Assembly (NCBI RefSeq): GCF_020745735.1
Contig: NC_083437.1
Span: forward strand, 9,982,001-10,046,000
DNA length: 64,000 nucleotides
Direction: 5' to 3'
Source: Hemiscyllium ocellatum
Taxonomy: Eukaryota
Under the pieces are notes generated by a model. That model was given only the letters and a program-made list of their open reading frames with translations, made no database searches and was not told the origin of the DNA. Both the position numbers and the translations under genes were made by a program. Shown piece by piece: positions 49,459 through 61,469 of this stretch. Numbering within the stretch: position 1 is the stretch's first letter; each line of letters starts with the position of its first letter.

Positions 49459-49756
49459 GGGTGGCACGTGGCTCAGTGGTTAGCACTGCTGCCTCACAGC
49501 ACCAGGTTCGATTCCAGACTCGGGCAGAGTATCTGTGTGGGAGTTTGCGTATTCTCCCCGTGTCTGCGTAGGTTTGCTCCGGTTTCCTCCCACAGTCCAA
49601 AGATGTGCAGGTCAGGTGGATTGGCTATGCCAAAATTGCCCAAAGTGTTAGGTGGATTAGTCAGAGGGAAATGGATCTGGGTGGATTACTCTTCGGAGGG
49701 TTGGTGTGGACTTGTTGGGCCGAAGGGCCGGTTTCCACGCTGTAGGTAATCTAATC
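49459..49756 (+). mobile_element. HE1-type SINE
   Basis: gtggctcagtggttagcactgctgcctcacagc; taatctaatc tail. Confidence 0.9.
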
Positions 49757-50367
49757 AAATAAAACGAGAAAGAACAGTGTTTCTTACAGAGTGGCAGCAA
49801 TTTTGAATGCTAGTAATCTGGTATACATAGCGGATATTGTAAATAACTGTTTTATACATAGTAATTGAAGTTTAATTGCTGAGAAAGCTCAGAATATATA
49901 CTGATGCAGCTTTTGTTGGCAGCAAGTAGTGTATTGGTCTGTAGATGAGTAATAGTTATCGATGACAGAGACACTTTACTTGCCAACAGTTGTGTGATGG
50001 TTCTTGGCTGACTGATCATCTTGAAGCTGAAAACAAGTTACAGAAAGAGAGGAAAAGAAGTACACTGGTCATGTCCCAGCCCAAAAGCTGCCTGTTCTCC
50101 GCAGTCCAGAATCTCAGTTTACCCCGAAGAAAATTAATTCCCTTTCGCACAGCAATTGCTGTAACTTTTCAATGGATCAATCAGAGTGGGTCAGCCAATC
50201 TGTACATCTCACAAACCTGTGGGAGATTTCAGAGGAAGATGTTTGAACAGTAAGGAGTCTGACCAGCTGAAGAAGCATCATCTCAACATTGGAATCAGGA
50301 AGTATAGACCCTTGAACAGACCAGACAGTCTTTCTGTCTCTGCCAACAATCTATTTTCCTGATATGT

Positions 50368-50795
50368 TTGAATTTACTCAGCTTTATTGTCACATGTACT
50401 CAGATGAGTACAGTGAAAGGTTTATAAGTAGCCACTTACAGTGCAATCTTAGGTACAGAAACTTCAGTACAAGTTCTTAGAAAAGAAGTAATTAGAAAAA
50501 TGAGGAAATAAAAAGTCCAGCATTACAGATCGTAGGAATAAATTCGAAAATAGAGAAATATAAAGTTCAGAGCTTTATATTTCTGAACTTTGAAGTTCAG
50601 TCCTTCAAACCCAAACCGCACTGGCACCTCGCCTTCAGACCGTGCTGGTCCCTGAGTCCAGACCATACCGGGCTTCACCCTGAGACTCTCAAAGCCGGGA
50701 GACCGCTCAGAAATCACCCTGAGTCTGGTGAAGCTACTCCGAGCCATAGGGCCACCATGCCAAGCCGATAGACTACCATGTCAGGCCGAGAGACT
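50368..50795 (-). mobile_element. Non-autonomous Rex-tailed element
   Basis: Reverse complement ends cctttcactgtactcatctgagtacatgtgacaataaa; homologous to 16820-17050. Confidence 0.65.
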
Positions 50796-50874
50796 GTTTA
50801 TGTGTGTGTGTGTGTGTGTTTGTGTCAGTAATGGGGAGTTTATAAGAAGATTAAGCTTTTAGTTGATGATGGAT

Positions 50875-51565
50875 TGAATTGAATGATTTCTTGTCACTTG
50901 CATTTCAGGGAAAATACAGTGAAAAGCCTCAACAGTCTCCATGTGCCAGTGCCACTTTGAATTTCTCCCCGTGTCTGCGTGGGTTTCCTCCGGGTGCTCC
51001 GGTTTCCTCCCACAGTCCAAAGATGTGCAGGTCAGGTGAATTGGCCATGCTAAATTGCCCGTAGTGTTAGGTAAAGGAGTAAATGTAGGGGAATGGGTGG
51101 GTTGCACTTCGGCGGGTCGGTGTGGACTTGTTGGGCCGAAGGGCCTGTTTCCACACTGTAAGTAATCTAATCTAAAAGAGAGTCCATCTTTATTCTTCAT
51201 CCACTGCTCCAGTTCAAAACTCTACCCTGCCATGCACCGTCAGAGTGGCCACACTTCGGGCGCTATCTCTCGCTGCTGGACCCACATCACCACACACCAC
51301 CATTGATGCCCAAGTCCCTCCGCCAAGGCCTTGTTGCTGCTAGCACCAGAGCCAACAAAGGCAGAGTCGTCACTCTTTATTGCTGGGTCTACCTCGATGA
51401 TGGTGCCGAAGCTGTCAGATCCCATACCGGACCCATACTTGCTCCTGTCTGATTGAAAGAATAAGAAGGAAGAGAAAAATAAGGAAAAATAAAACCAGAT
51501 GGAAGAAGGAGCAGATGAGCCCCAGGTTCAGGAGCCCAAAGTCTACCTCCGCCATACCTCATAGG
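50875..51565 (-). mobile_element. Second Rex-tailed element, interrupted by HE1
   Basis: ttgtcacttgcatt...tacagtgaaaagc tail; pyrimidine-rich 5' segment similar in layout to 15085-15140. Confidence 0.5.
50962..51174 (+). mobile_element. HE1-type SINE, 5'-truncated, young
   Basis: Near-identical to 56445-56660. Confidence 0.92.
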
Positions 51566-51925
51566 CCATCTTCCTGAATTCTGTGCCAAAGTCCTCTTTC
51601 TCCAAAATAAAGGCAGATGTGAAGTACTTGCTCAACACCGTACCAGTCCTCCTACCAAAGATTGCACCCTTGGTCCCTAGTCCCTCTTTCCCTGGTTATC
51701 CTCTTCCACTTCACGTATTTAACCATTATCTTTGGATTCTCCCTAATCTTACACCATGGGAGTTTTTAAATGCCCCTTTTTGCTCTCCTAAATGCTTTCT
51801 TAAGGTCATTCCTATGCTTTCTATGCTCCATTAAGGCCTGTATTGATTTGTTTCCTTTGTTAAAAGAACAAAGAACAAATCAGCACAAGAACAGGCCTTT
51901 CTGCCCTCCAAGCCTGCACCAACAT

Positions 51926-52048
51926 ATTGTGGGAGGAAACTGGAGCACACTCAGGAAACCCACGCAGACACGGGGAAAATGTGCAAACTCCACACAGACC
52001 TGAGGGTCCCTGGTGCTGCGAGGCAGCATTGCTATCCATTGAGCCACA
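51926..52048 (-). mobile_element. HE1-type SINE, partial
   Basis: ggaaacccacgcagacacgggg...gaggcagcattgctatccattgagccac. Confidence 0.82.
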
Positions 52049-52344
52049 TTGCTGTCCACAATTGTACTGATCCCACCTGCCAAATACATTTCGTAGCTCC
52101 TCTTTATCCTTCTAATTTTCATTTTAGGTAACCACCTATGCTCTTTATACTTCTGTTTTTAATGTGCTGTTCCTAACAATGCTGTCACATAGTTACTGAA
52201 CAGAGAATGAGGCTGTCTTGCATGAGATCCTGATGGAGACTGATATATCATCACTGGCTCCAGACAGCTTTAACTATGTTATTAATCTTAATTGTATTTA
52301 TTGTAATCAGGCAATAAACTACAGCTTGTTAAGCAATTGCCTTA

Positions 52345-52590
52345 GGGTATAGGCTAGGCCTATTTAGAACTGAGGTGAGGAAAGACCTCTTTGCTCAAAG
52401 GGTGGTGAACCTGTGGAATTCTCAACCAGAGGAGGCAAGTCACTGAATATATTCAAAAAAAAAGCCTGGATAACTTTGTAGATCTTAGATCAAGGACTAT
52501 GGGAGAAAGTAGGAATATGCCATTGAGATAAAGGATCAGGCACAATCAAATTAAATGGCTTGAAGGACCAAATGGACTATTCTTCTTATA
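52345..52590 (+). mobile_element. CR1 3' fragment
   Basis: tttagaactgaggtgagg...gggtggtgaacctgtggaattctc. Confidence 0.75.
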
Positions 52591-53618
52591 TTTTTTACAT
52601 TACAATGCAAAGCAAGTGCCTCTTCTTGATAAGACTCCCCAGTGGTTTATCCTCTACTAGTAATCAGTATCAAAAAGTAGTGGTTTCCCAAAAGCCAATG
52701 TGACAAGAAACATGACAGTTGATAATCAAACGTCTTCCATCCCCCTCCTTTCATTTCAATTGATGGATAACTGAGCAGGCTCTATTTTGCAAATGTGACC
52801 CTCTCAATGTGCCATTATTTACAATCAATGAGTAGAATCTTCTTCAGGAGATTTTCCCTCCGTGCATGCGATGTGACGAGAGGAAATCTCTCCTTCCTTC
52901 ACCATTAGCAGTGTCCCCACACAGCTCTTCCTGAAGGGAAAGAGTTAACGGAAACAGTATCAGCTGTCCTTGCTGGACTCCTTGCTGTATATCTATTACT
53001 CAGCAGGAAAATCATGTCTTCCCAACATTAGACTTGCCTGAGGCATAATAATGCTGCACTTGTGCCCTCTATTTTGTGCTTCCAGCTCCAGCCATTTTAC
53101 ACTGTAATTCTCCGGAATATAATGATAGAGTCGCACAGCACCGAACCAAATGGTACTCAACCTGATTAGGCTTATTTATCAAAGATAGGAACTCTATGTC
53201 TGTCAAAAATGTCCTTTCCTGCAAGACTGGGCCTGGTGTTCATATTTCCCTTTTGGCTTTTCTGAAGTGAGACATTGAAATTTTATATGACTTCTTGTGT
53301 AAATATCAATATTTATAACATAACCAGGATGTTCACCTTGATATGCCAAGGTGGTTCAAGTCAATTCTAGCTTGTTGTTTAAGATTTGCCCTCACCCTTG
53401 CTGCTTATTCTGAAACACTTAGTGAACTCATACTTCAATGACTCTCCAGTTACATGACAGTGCCTTTTCAATACTGCATGCACATTTTAAGCTGCTTTCT
53501 TTCTGATGTTTGTAGTTGTCACCATAAAGGAGTAATGTGTGAAGCCTCAGCATTAAGGTCAGCAGAGTATCTCTGTCTCTAGTCTGCCAGCAGGTGGTAC
53601 TCACTACTGGACTGGCAT

Positions 53619-54676
53619 CGTAAAAAGGTTCTCCTTCTTTAGAGATCGCAATTTCCCTTCCCACGTGGTTAAAGATGCCCTCCAATGCATCTTGTCCACA
53701 TCCCGCACCTCCGCCCTCAGACCCCACCCCTCCAACCGTAACAAGGACAGAACGCCCCTGGTGCACACCTTCCACCCTACCAACCTTTGCATAAACCAAA
53801 TCATCCGCCATTTCCGCCACCTCCAAAAAGACCCCACCACCAGGGATATATTTTCCTCCCAACCCCTTTCCGGCTTCTGCAAAGACCGTTCCCTCCATGA
53901 CTACCTGGTCAGGTCCACGCCCCCCCCTACGACCCACCCTCCCATCCTGGCACCTTCCCATGCCACCGCAGGAACTGTAAAACCTGTGCCCATACCTCCT
54001 CCCTCACATCCAACCAAGGCCCTAAAGGAGCCTTCCACATTCTGCACATCCTGCACATCCACCAATATCATTTATTGTATCCGTTGCTCCCGATGAGGTC
54101 TCCTCTACATTTGGGAGACTGGACGCCTCCTAGCAGAGTGCTTTAGGGAACATCTCTGGGACACCCGCACCAATCAACCACACAGCCCTGTGGCCCAACA
54201 TTTCAACTCCCCCTCCCACTCTGCCAAAGACATGGAAGTCCTGGTCCTCCTTCACTGCTGCTCCCTCACCACCAGATGCCTGGAGGAAGAACACCTTATT
54301 TTCCGTCTTGGAACACTTCAACCCCAGGGCATCAATGTGGACTTCAACAGTTTTCTCATTTCCCCTTCCCCCACCTCACCCTAGTTCCAAGCTTCCAGCT
54401 CAGCACTGTCCCCATGACTTGTCCTACCTGCCTATCTTCCTTTCCATCTATCCACTCCACCCTCCTCCCTGACCTATCACCTTCATCCCCTCCCCCACTC
54501 ATCTATTGTACTCCATGCTACTTTCTCCCCACCCCCACCCTCTTCTAGCTTATCTCTCCACCCTTCAGGCTTTCTGTCTTTATTCCTGATGAAGGGCTTT
54601 TGCCCGAAACGTCGATTTTACTGCTCCTCGGATGCTGCCTGAACTGCTGTGCTCTTCCAGGACCACTAATCCAGAA
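53619..54676 (+). mobile_element. 5'-truncated Neptune-like PLE (thumb/linker, GIY-YIG, pLTR)
   Basis: Homologous to 38270-39320; perfect 13-bp TSD actggactggcat at 53606-53618 and 54677-54689. Confidence 0.95.
54582..54617 (+). ncRNA. Minimal hammerhead ribozyme motif (family A, canonical GUC triplet)
   Basis: attc-CTGATGA-a-gggc tttt gccc-GAAA-cgtc-gatt. Confidence 0.82.
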
Positions 54677-54941
54677 ACTGGACTGGCATGATCATGTCTG
54701 CTTCACCATTAAAAACCAGGCCATACAGCCAGACTCCTAAGTAAATACGGTAACACAAACTGAACCCATGTAAATAAGAATTCCAATTTGGCATTTGGGC
54801 AGAAAGAAAGCTGCAATGGATCACGATTGATCTCTAACAATTAAATCTATATCCCTGTCAATCTTGAAAGAAAAGAGAGATATGCACTGATATAGCTATT
54901 TTCAAAACTTATGGATGCCTTGAACGGCCTAACAGCAAATG

Positions 54942-55085
54942 AAACAAAAACAGAAATCGCTGGAAAAGCTCAGCAGGTCTGGCAACATTTGTGGAGAGAA
55001 AACAAAGTTAAGGTTTCCGGCCCAGTGACTCTTGTTCAGAACTCACTTCCAGACATGCTGAGTTTTTCCAGCAATTTCTGATTTT
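54942..55085. mobile_element. Family D palindromic PLE-derived element (decayed)
   Basis: cagaaatcgctggaaaagctcagcaggtctgg / ccagacatgctgagtttttccagcaatttctg. Confidence 0.8.
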
Positions 55086-55238
55086 CAGTATAGAATCCCT
55101 ACAGGAGACCATATCAATATGACCCCGAGTTCTGGATTCATCCGAAATGGAAGGATTTTCTCTATGTCCACCCCATTTCTTTTTTCAATTAATTTAAATG
55201 TTGTAGTGGTCCTGTTCGCCGAGCTGGAAGTTTTTGTT

Positions 55239-55278
55239 GCAAACGTTTCGTCCCCTGGCTAGGAGACATCATCAGTGC
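55239..55278 (-). ncRNA. Minimal hammerhead ribozyme motif (family C), minus copy
   Basis: Exact reverse complement of 55898-55937. Confidence 0.82.
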
Positions 55279-55897
55279 TCTGGAGCCTCCTGCGAAGCGC
55301 TTCTTTGATGTTTCTTCCGGCATTTATAGTGGTCTGTCCTTGCCGCTTCCGGGTGTCAGTTTCAGCTGTCCGCTGTAGTGATTGGTATATTGGGTCCAGG
55401 TCGATGTGTCTGTTGATGGAGTTTGTGGATGAATGCCATGCCTCTAGGAATTCCCTGGCTGTTCTCTGTCTGGCTTGCCCTATGATAGTAGTGTTTTCCC
55501 AGTCGAATTCATGTTGCTTGTTGTCTGAGTGTGTGGCTACTAGGGATAGCTGGTCGTGTCGTTTCGTGGCTAGTTGGTGTTCATGTATGCGGATTGTTAG
55601 CTGTCTTCCTGTTTGTCCTATATAGTGTTTTGTGCAGTCCTTGCATGGTATTTTATAAACTACATTAGTTTTGCTCATGTTGGGTATTGTCTCCTTTGTT
55701 CTAGTAAGTTGTTGTCTGAGCGTGGCTGTTGGTTTGTGTGCCGTTATGAGTCCTATACACCAACAGACACATCGACCTGGACCCAATATACCAATCACTA
55801 CAACGGACAGCTGAAACTGACACCCGGAAGCGGCAAGGACAGACCACTATAAATGCCGGAAGAAACATCAAAGAAGTGCTTCGCAGGAGGCTCCAGA

Positions 55898-55937
55898 GCA
55901 CTGATGATGTCTCCTAGCCAGGGGACGAAACGTTTGC
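55898..55937 (+). ncRNA. Minimal hammerhead ribozyme motif (family C), plus copy
   Basis: gca-CTGATGA-t-gtctcct agcc aggggac-GAAA-cgtt-tgc; 7-bp stem II; stem I gca/tgc. Confidence 0.82.
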
Positions 55938-56347
55938 AACAAAAACTTCCAGCTCGGCGAACAGAACCACTACAACAAGCACCCGAGCTACAAATCTTCG
56001 CACAAACTTTAATTTAAATGTCTCTAACAGATCACATCTCAGCATTTTACTATAGAGCTTTTCCAGCAATTTCTGTTTTTGTTCCTGATTTTCAGCATGT
56101 GCAATTCTTTCGGTTTTTAACAATAACTAAAATAGTTTTGTAGTCTAGTCACTGATGATATCAATTTGCATGCACCAAGATTTAGTAACTGAATAATGAT
56201 GTCAGAAAAAACTGTCCTATTGATGTTGGTTGAGGGATAATTGTTGATCAGGATGCTCCATGGAGAATATACAAGTTAATGATAGTTGACAATTCACCAT
56301 CAGCTTTGTCTAAATTTTAAACCAGACAGGTTGACTCTGATTGGGCA

Positions 56348-56661
56348 GGGCACGGTGGCACAGTGGTTAGCACTGCTGCCTCACAGCACCAGAGACCTGG
56401 GTTCAATTCCCACCTCAGGCGACTGACTGTGTGGAGTTTGCACGTTCTCCCCGTGTCTGCGTGGGTTTCCTCCGGGTGCTCCGGTTTCCTCCCACAGTCA
56501 CAAAGATGTGCGGGTCAGGTAAATTGGCCATGCTAAATTGCCCGTAGTGTTAGGTAAGGGGTAAATGTAGGGGTATGGGTGGGTTGTGCTTCGGCAGGTC
56601 GGTGTGGACTTGTTGGGCCGAAGGGCCTGTTTCCACACTGTAAGTAATCTAATCTAATCTA
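56348..56661 (+). mobile_element. Full-length young HE1-type SINE
   Basis: Complete head (A and B boxes), V-domain and (aatct)n tail followed by an A-run. Confidence 0.96.
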
Positions 56662-56954
56662 AAAAAAAATAACCCTGAGAGATGAATCAGTGAATGGCTG
56701 TACTATGTTTTGTTGAGTTCACTTGCCAACCAATTTAGCACACTCTTCTCACACAGCATAAATGTTGGTTTTCGCCTTAAACGGATAGTCTATAGAATCA
56801 TCCTGATGAGTGCAAGATGAAAAGCTTCAACAAAATGTACACTTTTTTTTAACCAATAGTCAATAAATATTCAATATTTTGCCCCAGTCAGTTTCCAGCT
56901 ACCTCATATAAAAAAATGACCCAGAGCAAGGTCACAATAATAAGGTAACAGTGA

Positions 56955-57330
56955 GGCTTCAGAGTGAAATTGTCTGATAGAGACCTTTAAAATTATTGAA
57001 AAAAGAAATGGGGTGGACGTTGAGCAAATCCTCCCATTTGGGATGAGAGGTCATACTTATATGGTCACCAATTAATCCAGTAAGGAATTCAGGAGAAACC
57101 TCTTTACCCAGAGAGAGGAAAAATGTTGAATATGCTTCCACAGGGAGTAGTCAAGGGTAATAACAGAGATGCATTTATGGGGAAATCCAAATTAGAACAT
57201 GAGGGAGAAAGTAACACGTGATTGCTGGCAGAATTAGTTGAGCAGGGATAGGAGGATGCTTGTGTGGAGAATAAACACCAGCTGGGCTGAATGGCTTATT
57301 CCTTTGCTGTAAACACTTCGTAATTCTGTA
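56955..57330 (+). mobile_element. Decayed CR1 3' fragment
   Basis: atagagacctttaaaatta...aggagaaacctctttacccagaga...gggctgaatggc. Confidence 0.7.
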
Positions 57331-57914
57331 ATATATCCAAACCCAGTTGCTGAGTGAAATTAAATTGAACTGGATAGTTTTACAATTTCATCTTCAAATT
57401 ATGATCTGCACTATTTGCAATTTTTGAGGCAGTTTTGATAAAATTCTATGTAAATCAGTGGCAAACACATCCTAGATGAATTGAAATTATGAGTAATTAG
57501 ATTTCACAGAAGATGAGACTGTCATTATAATAGGAAGCAGCGTAGATGAGAGACCTAGCAGCCAGGAACACAACTGGTGAAAGGACTATCAATGTATAAT
57601 TTTTTAACAGTTAAATGAGGTGTTCAATAACTTTAGAGAAGTCATCTTATTCTGTGTGATCGACTTGTTTTTGTGTATCTCCTACATGTGCAGCTTATAC
57701 ATTTTCATGAACTATAATCTCATCATCTTGTTGTACCAAGCCTCCCAGCACAATCAGACATCATTATACAATGTTTCCACACTCATATCACCAGAGGCCT
57801 ATTTAATCCATGCACCACAACACTACCGAAAACTTGCATTTTAATATATTTCAATATACTTAAATGCTCGACTGAACCTCAGAGGGGCCTAATAAGAGGT
57901 GTTGATTGATTAAA

Positions 57915-58678
57915 TCCGTGATATTGCATTTTGGTAAGATGAACAAAGGCAGGACATATATAATTAATGGGTGTTGTTGTTGATCAGAGGGATCTAGGTG
58001 TTCTAGGTATATAATTCTTTGAAAGTTGTGTCACAGGTAGACAGGATGGTTAAGAACGTGATCAGCATACTGGTTCAGACTGCTGACTTTAAGAGTTGGG
58101 ATATCATGTTACAGTTGTACAGGATATTGCTGAGGCCACTTTTGGAGTACTGTGCACGTTTCTGATCACGCTGCTATAGGAAGGATATTATTAAATTGGA
58201 GAGGGTTCAGTAAAGATTTATGAGGATGCATCAGGGACTGGAGGGTTTGAGTTAAAAAGAGAAGCCAGAGAGGCTGGGACTATTTTCACTGGAGTTTAGG
58301 AGGTTAAGCTGTGACCTTTACAGAGGTTTATAAAGTCATGAGGGACATAGGTAAGATCTTTTTTCTAGATTAGGGGAGTTCAAACCTAGAGGGCTTTTTT
58401 TTAAGTTGAGATGAAAAAGATTTAAAAGAAACCTTTGGGGCAATGTTTTGACACAGAGTGTGGTTCATGTATGGAATGAACGGCCAGAGGAAGTGGTAGA
58501 TGCAGATACAGTTACAACATTTAAAATACATTGAACAAGTACATGAATAGGAAGGTTGAGAGGAACATGGACCAAACACTGGCAAATAGGACTAGTTTAG
58601 TTTGGGAAACTTGGTTAGAATGGATGAGTTGGACCAAAGGGTCTGTTTCTGTGCTGTGTGACTCTGACTCTATGACTG
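57915..58678 (+). mobile_element. CR1 LINE 3' fragment
   Basis: cagagggatctaggtgt, gaggccacttttggagtactgtg, ctatgactg tail. Confidence 0.9.
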
Positions 58679-59129
58679 TAAGCGCTTTGTCAAAGAGATT
58701 GGCTTTAAGGGTGGCCTTAAAGGGTTAGAGACTTGGGTGCCTGGAGTAATGGCAGAGAGTGATAGGGTTAAATGGAGAGGAAGGCAGAAGAGATTGGAAT
58801 CAGAGGAACAGCTATTTCAGGAAGGCATGTCACTGAGATTACAGAGATAGGAAAGGATGAGGATTTGACCACATTGGTGAAATTTTTAAAGTTACGGACT
58901 TAGGATACTGGGAACCACAGCGGGGGGTGGTGACGGTATGTGGAGGATAGAAAGCAGTGTGAAACTTTCGTCCATAGTTTCCACCTATTGCCGTAAATAT
59001 TTCAACCTATTTCTTGGTGTGTGCTATGTTATTGAGGTTGAGACTTAACCTGATTAAATAATTTGAAAAGCTCCAATGTAAATCAGGGCAACCTCAAGGA
59101 CCAGTTAAGAGCAAAGAAATATCTGAATT

Positions 59130-59670
59130 ATCAGGAGGAGTAGGTAATATGGACCTTCAAATCTGCTCCAACATTCAGTAAGATCAAGGTCGGTCTGGTT
59201 TTTTTTAGACTAGGTTAGATTCCCTGCAGTGTGGAAATAGGCCTTTGGCCCAACAAGTCCACACCGACCCTCTGAAGAGTAACCCACCCAGACCCATTTC
59301 TCTCTGACTAATGCACCTAACCTATGGGCAATTTAACATGACCAATTCACCTAACCTGCACATCTTTGGATTGTGGGAGGAAACCGAAGCACCTGGAGGA
59401 AACCCACGCAGACACGGGGAGACTCCACACAGTCAGTCACCCGAAGCTGGAATCGAACCTGGGACCCTGGTGCTGTGAGGCAGCAGTGTTATCCACTGAG
59501 CCACCTGGTCTCATTCCTACTTTCTCTGCCTGCCCCCTCATTAACCCTTGATTCTCCTGTCTATTAAAAATCTGTCTAACTCAGCCTTGGATAAATTTGA
59601 AGAATCAGCCTCCATTGCTTTCTAGAGAAGAGATTTTCTCAGACTGATGACCCACGGAAAGAAGGAATTT
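59130..59670 (-). mobile_element. CR1 3' UTR fragment interrupted by HE1
   Basis: aggaggagtagg...cattcagtaagatca...ctcagccttg...agagaagagatt. Confidence 0.65.
59207..59503 (-). mobile_element. HE1-type SINE
   Basis: gaatcgaacctggg...gaggcagcagtgttatccactgagccac. Confidence 0.92.
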
Positions 59671-60337
59671 TGACAGTGCTACATTACAGGAAGAACATGT
59701 CACTTTACCAGACATCTTGATTAGTATTGTTAGCGAGTGAGGTGGTCATCATGGCAAGAAATTGGAAAGCTATTTAATTACAATTGTTTTTCCATTAATT
59801 TCTCCAATTAAATTTTCTACGTTTACTTCAGAGACATCAGACTTCCTGCTTGCAGTCACTAGCTTCCAATGTTAAAGTGCATCAGCTTCATTAAGGATAT
59901 TTGCTAGTGTCTACTGTACACCCACACAACACTTTGTTATTTCTGGTGGGAGGTGTGTTAATTTGGCACTATTTGGAAGGGTGAGAGATTGTCAATCCAG
60001 TGTTGAGCCACCACTTCCAGTTAGTCTCAGTTGATTCACAGCTTGCTTTCTTCCTATTTGTGAACTTTGTGTTCTCGGTGCCAGTGCGATGACTAAGAGG
60101 TGTGGCAAAACATCTCCTGTAGGACTGTGAATGATCTCACTGCTCAAAGACACCAGGTATTGAGTCATTACAGCCATTCGTCCATCCAATTCATGGCACT
60201 CAGCTCATCTTTCCTTCTTTACAAGGATCTGGCCAATTCCTTTCTGAAAGTTACTAATAAATCTGCTTCTATCATTGTATCAAGTCATTCACTTCAGATC
60301 AGAAAACTACTTGCTGCCGGCACTTTTTTCCCCTAAT

Positions 60338-60640
60338 CATAGAACCCCGACAGACTGGGAGCTGGTTATTTGGCCCATTAAGTCCACACTGACCTTTGAA
60401 GAGCATCGTGCCCAGACCCACCCTCTCCCTCTAACCCATGCCTGAGCCACCTAGCCAGCACATCCCTTGTCACTTCAGCATGGCTAGTGCCACCTGGCCT
60501 GCACATCTTTGGACTGTGGGAGGAAACCCACGCAGACATGGAGAGAAGGTGCAAACTCCACAAAGACGTTCGCCAAAGGCTGGAATTGAATCCGTGTCCC
60601 TGGTGGTGTGAGGCAGCAGTGCTAACCACTGAGCCACAAT
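60338..60640 (-). mobile_element. HE1-type SINE
   Basis: gaggcagcagtgctaaccactgagccac. Confidence 0.9.
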
Positions 60641-61469
60641 GTTGTCCTTTTTGTTTCGCTTTTTAAAAAAATCTATATCCTCAATTGAACAGCCCTCCTG
60701 TCAGTGAAACACTTTTCTTTTAGTGATTTATCCTATTTATACCTAATTTTGAACATCTTTCTTAAATATCCCCTTAGACTTCACTGTGACAAAGAAAACA
60801 AGTTCAGATTCTCCAATCTCTGCACCTTAATTGGCATTCTTTATCCCTGGTACCATTCTAATAATCTGCTCTGCCCCAGATCTGAGGGCTTAGTGTCCTT
60901 CCTAAAGCTGCCCCAGAGTTTTACCCAATACCCTCGCTGAGGTCCAATTAATGATTACTCAAGGTTTGCTATAATTTCTCACAAATGGGCAAAGCATTAC
61001 AAACACTAGAGATCTGAAATAAAAATAAGTTCTTTTTTTAAACTCACTCATGCGATGTGGATGTCACTGGCTGTGCCACCGTTTATTGCCTGTCTCAAAT
61101 TGCCCTTGAGAAGATGGTGTTAAGCTGCTATTGCAGTGGGAAACAGCATTGACATTATTTCCCAGGTAGGTTTATCTTGTGCAAACTCCACAAAGACATT
61201 TTGAAGTTCCTATAGGTCACGTCACGATTCCTTGAACCTAAACTTATCCTGGCTGAGTCCGAGTTCAAGTTGTCAATACCTGACCACCTTAATGATTTTA
61301 TTATAAGTCAAATGCACCGGTTCACTCCATCTTTGCTCGGCTCTGAATATGAATTCTTCAGTTCCATACATTTCTGCTGTCTGAGAAACATCGTGAAGGC
61401 ACTTTCCCCATTTGTTTCCCATGATGTTCTGAATACATCTCATGTGAAACCTGTGGAGGAAGAGTGGCC

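Larger units (their letters stand above)
55202..56008. mobile_element. Penelope/Poseidon-like PLE, inverted 3' dimer (family C)
   Basis: Minus frame NVVYKIPCKDC..YIGQTGR..RIHEH..REFLEAWH..INR (GIY-YIG without the Cys linker); about 210-bp near-perfect inverted arms; TSD ttaatttaaatgt at 55189-55201 and 56009-56021. Confidence 0.95.

Noticed and set aside
49990-50290. Purine-rich ORF-like stretch (87 aa)
   Set aside because: No recognisable domain or convincing splice sites
56348-56420. tRNA genes at HE1 heads
   Set aside because: A and B boxes continue into the SINE body and tail; no complete cloverleaf
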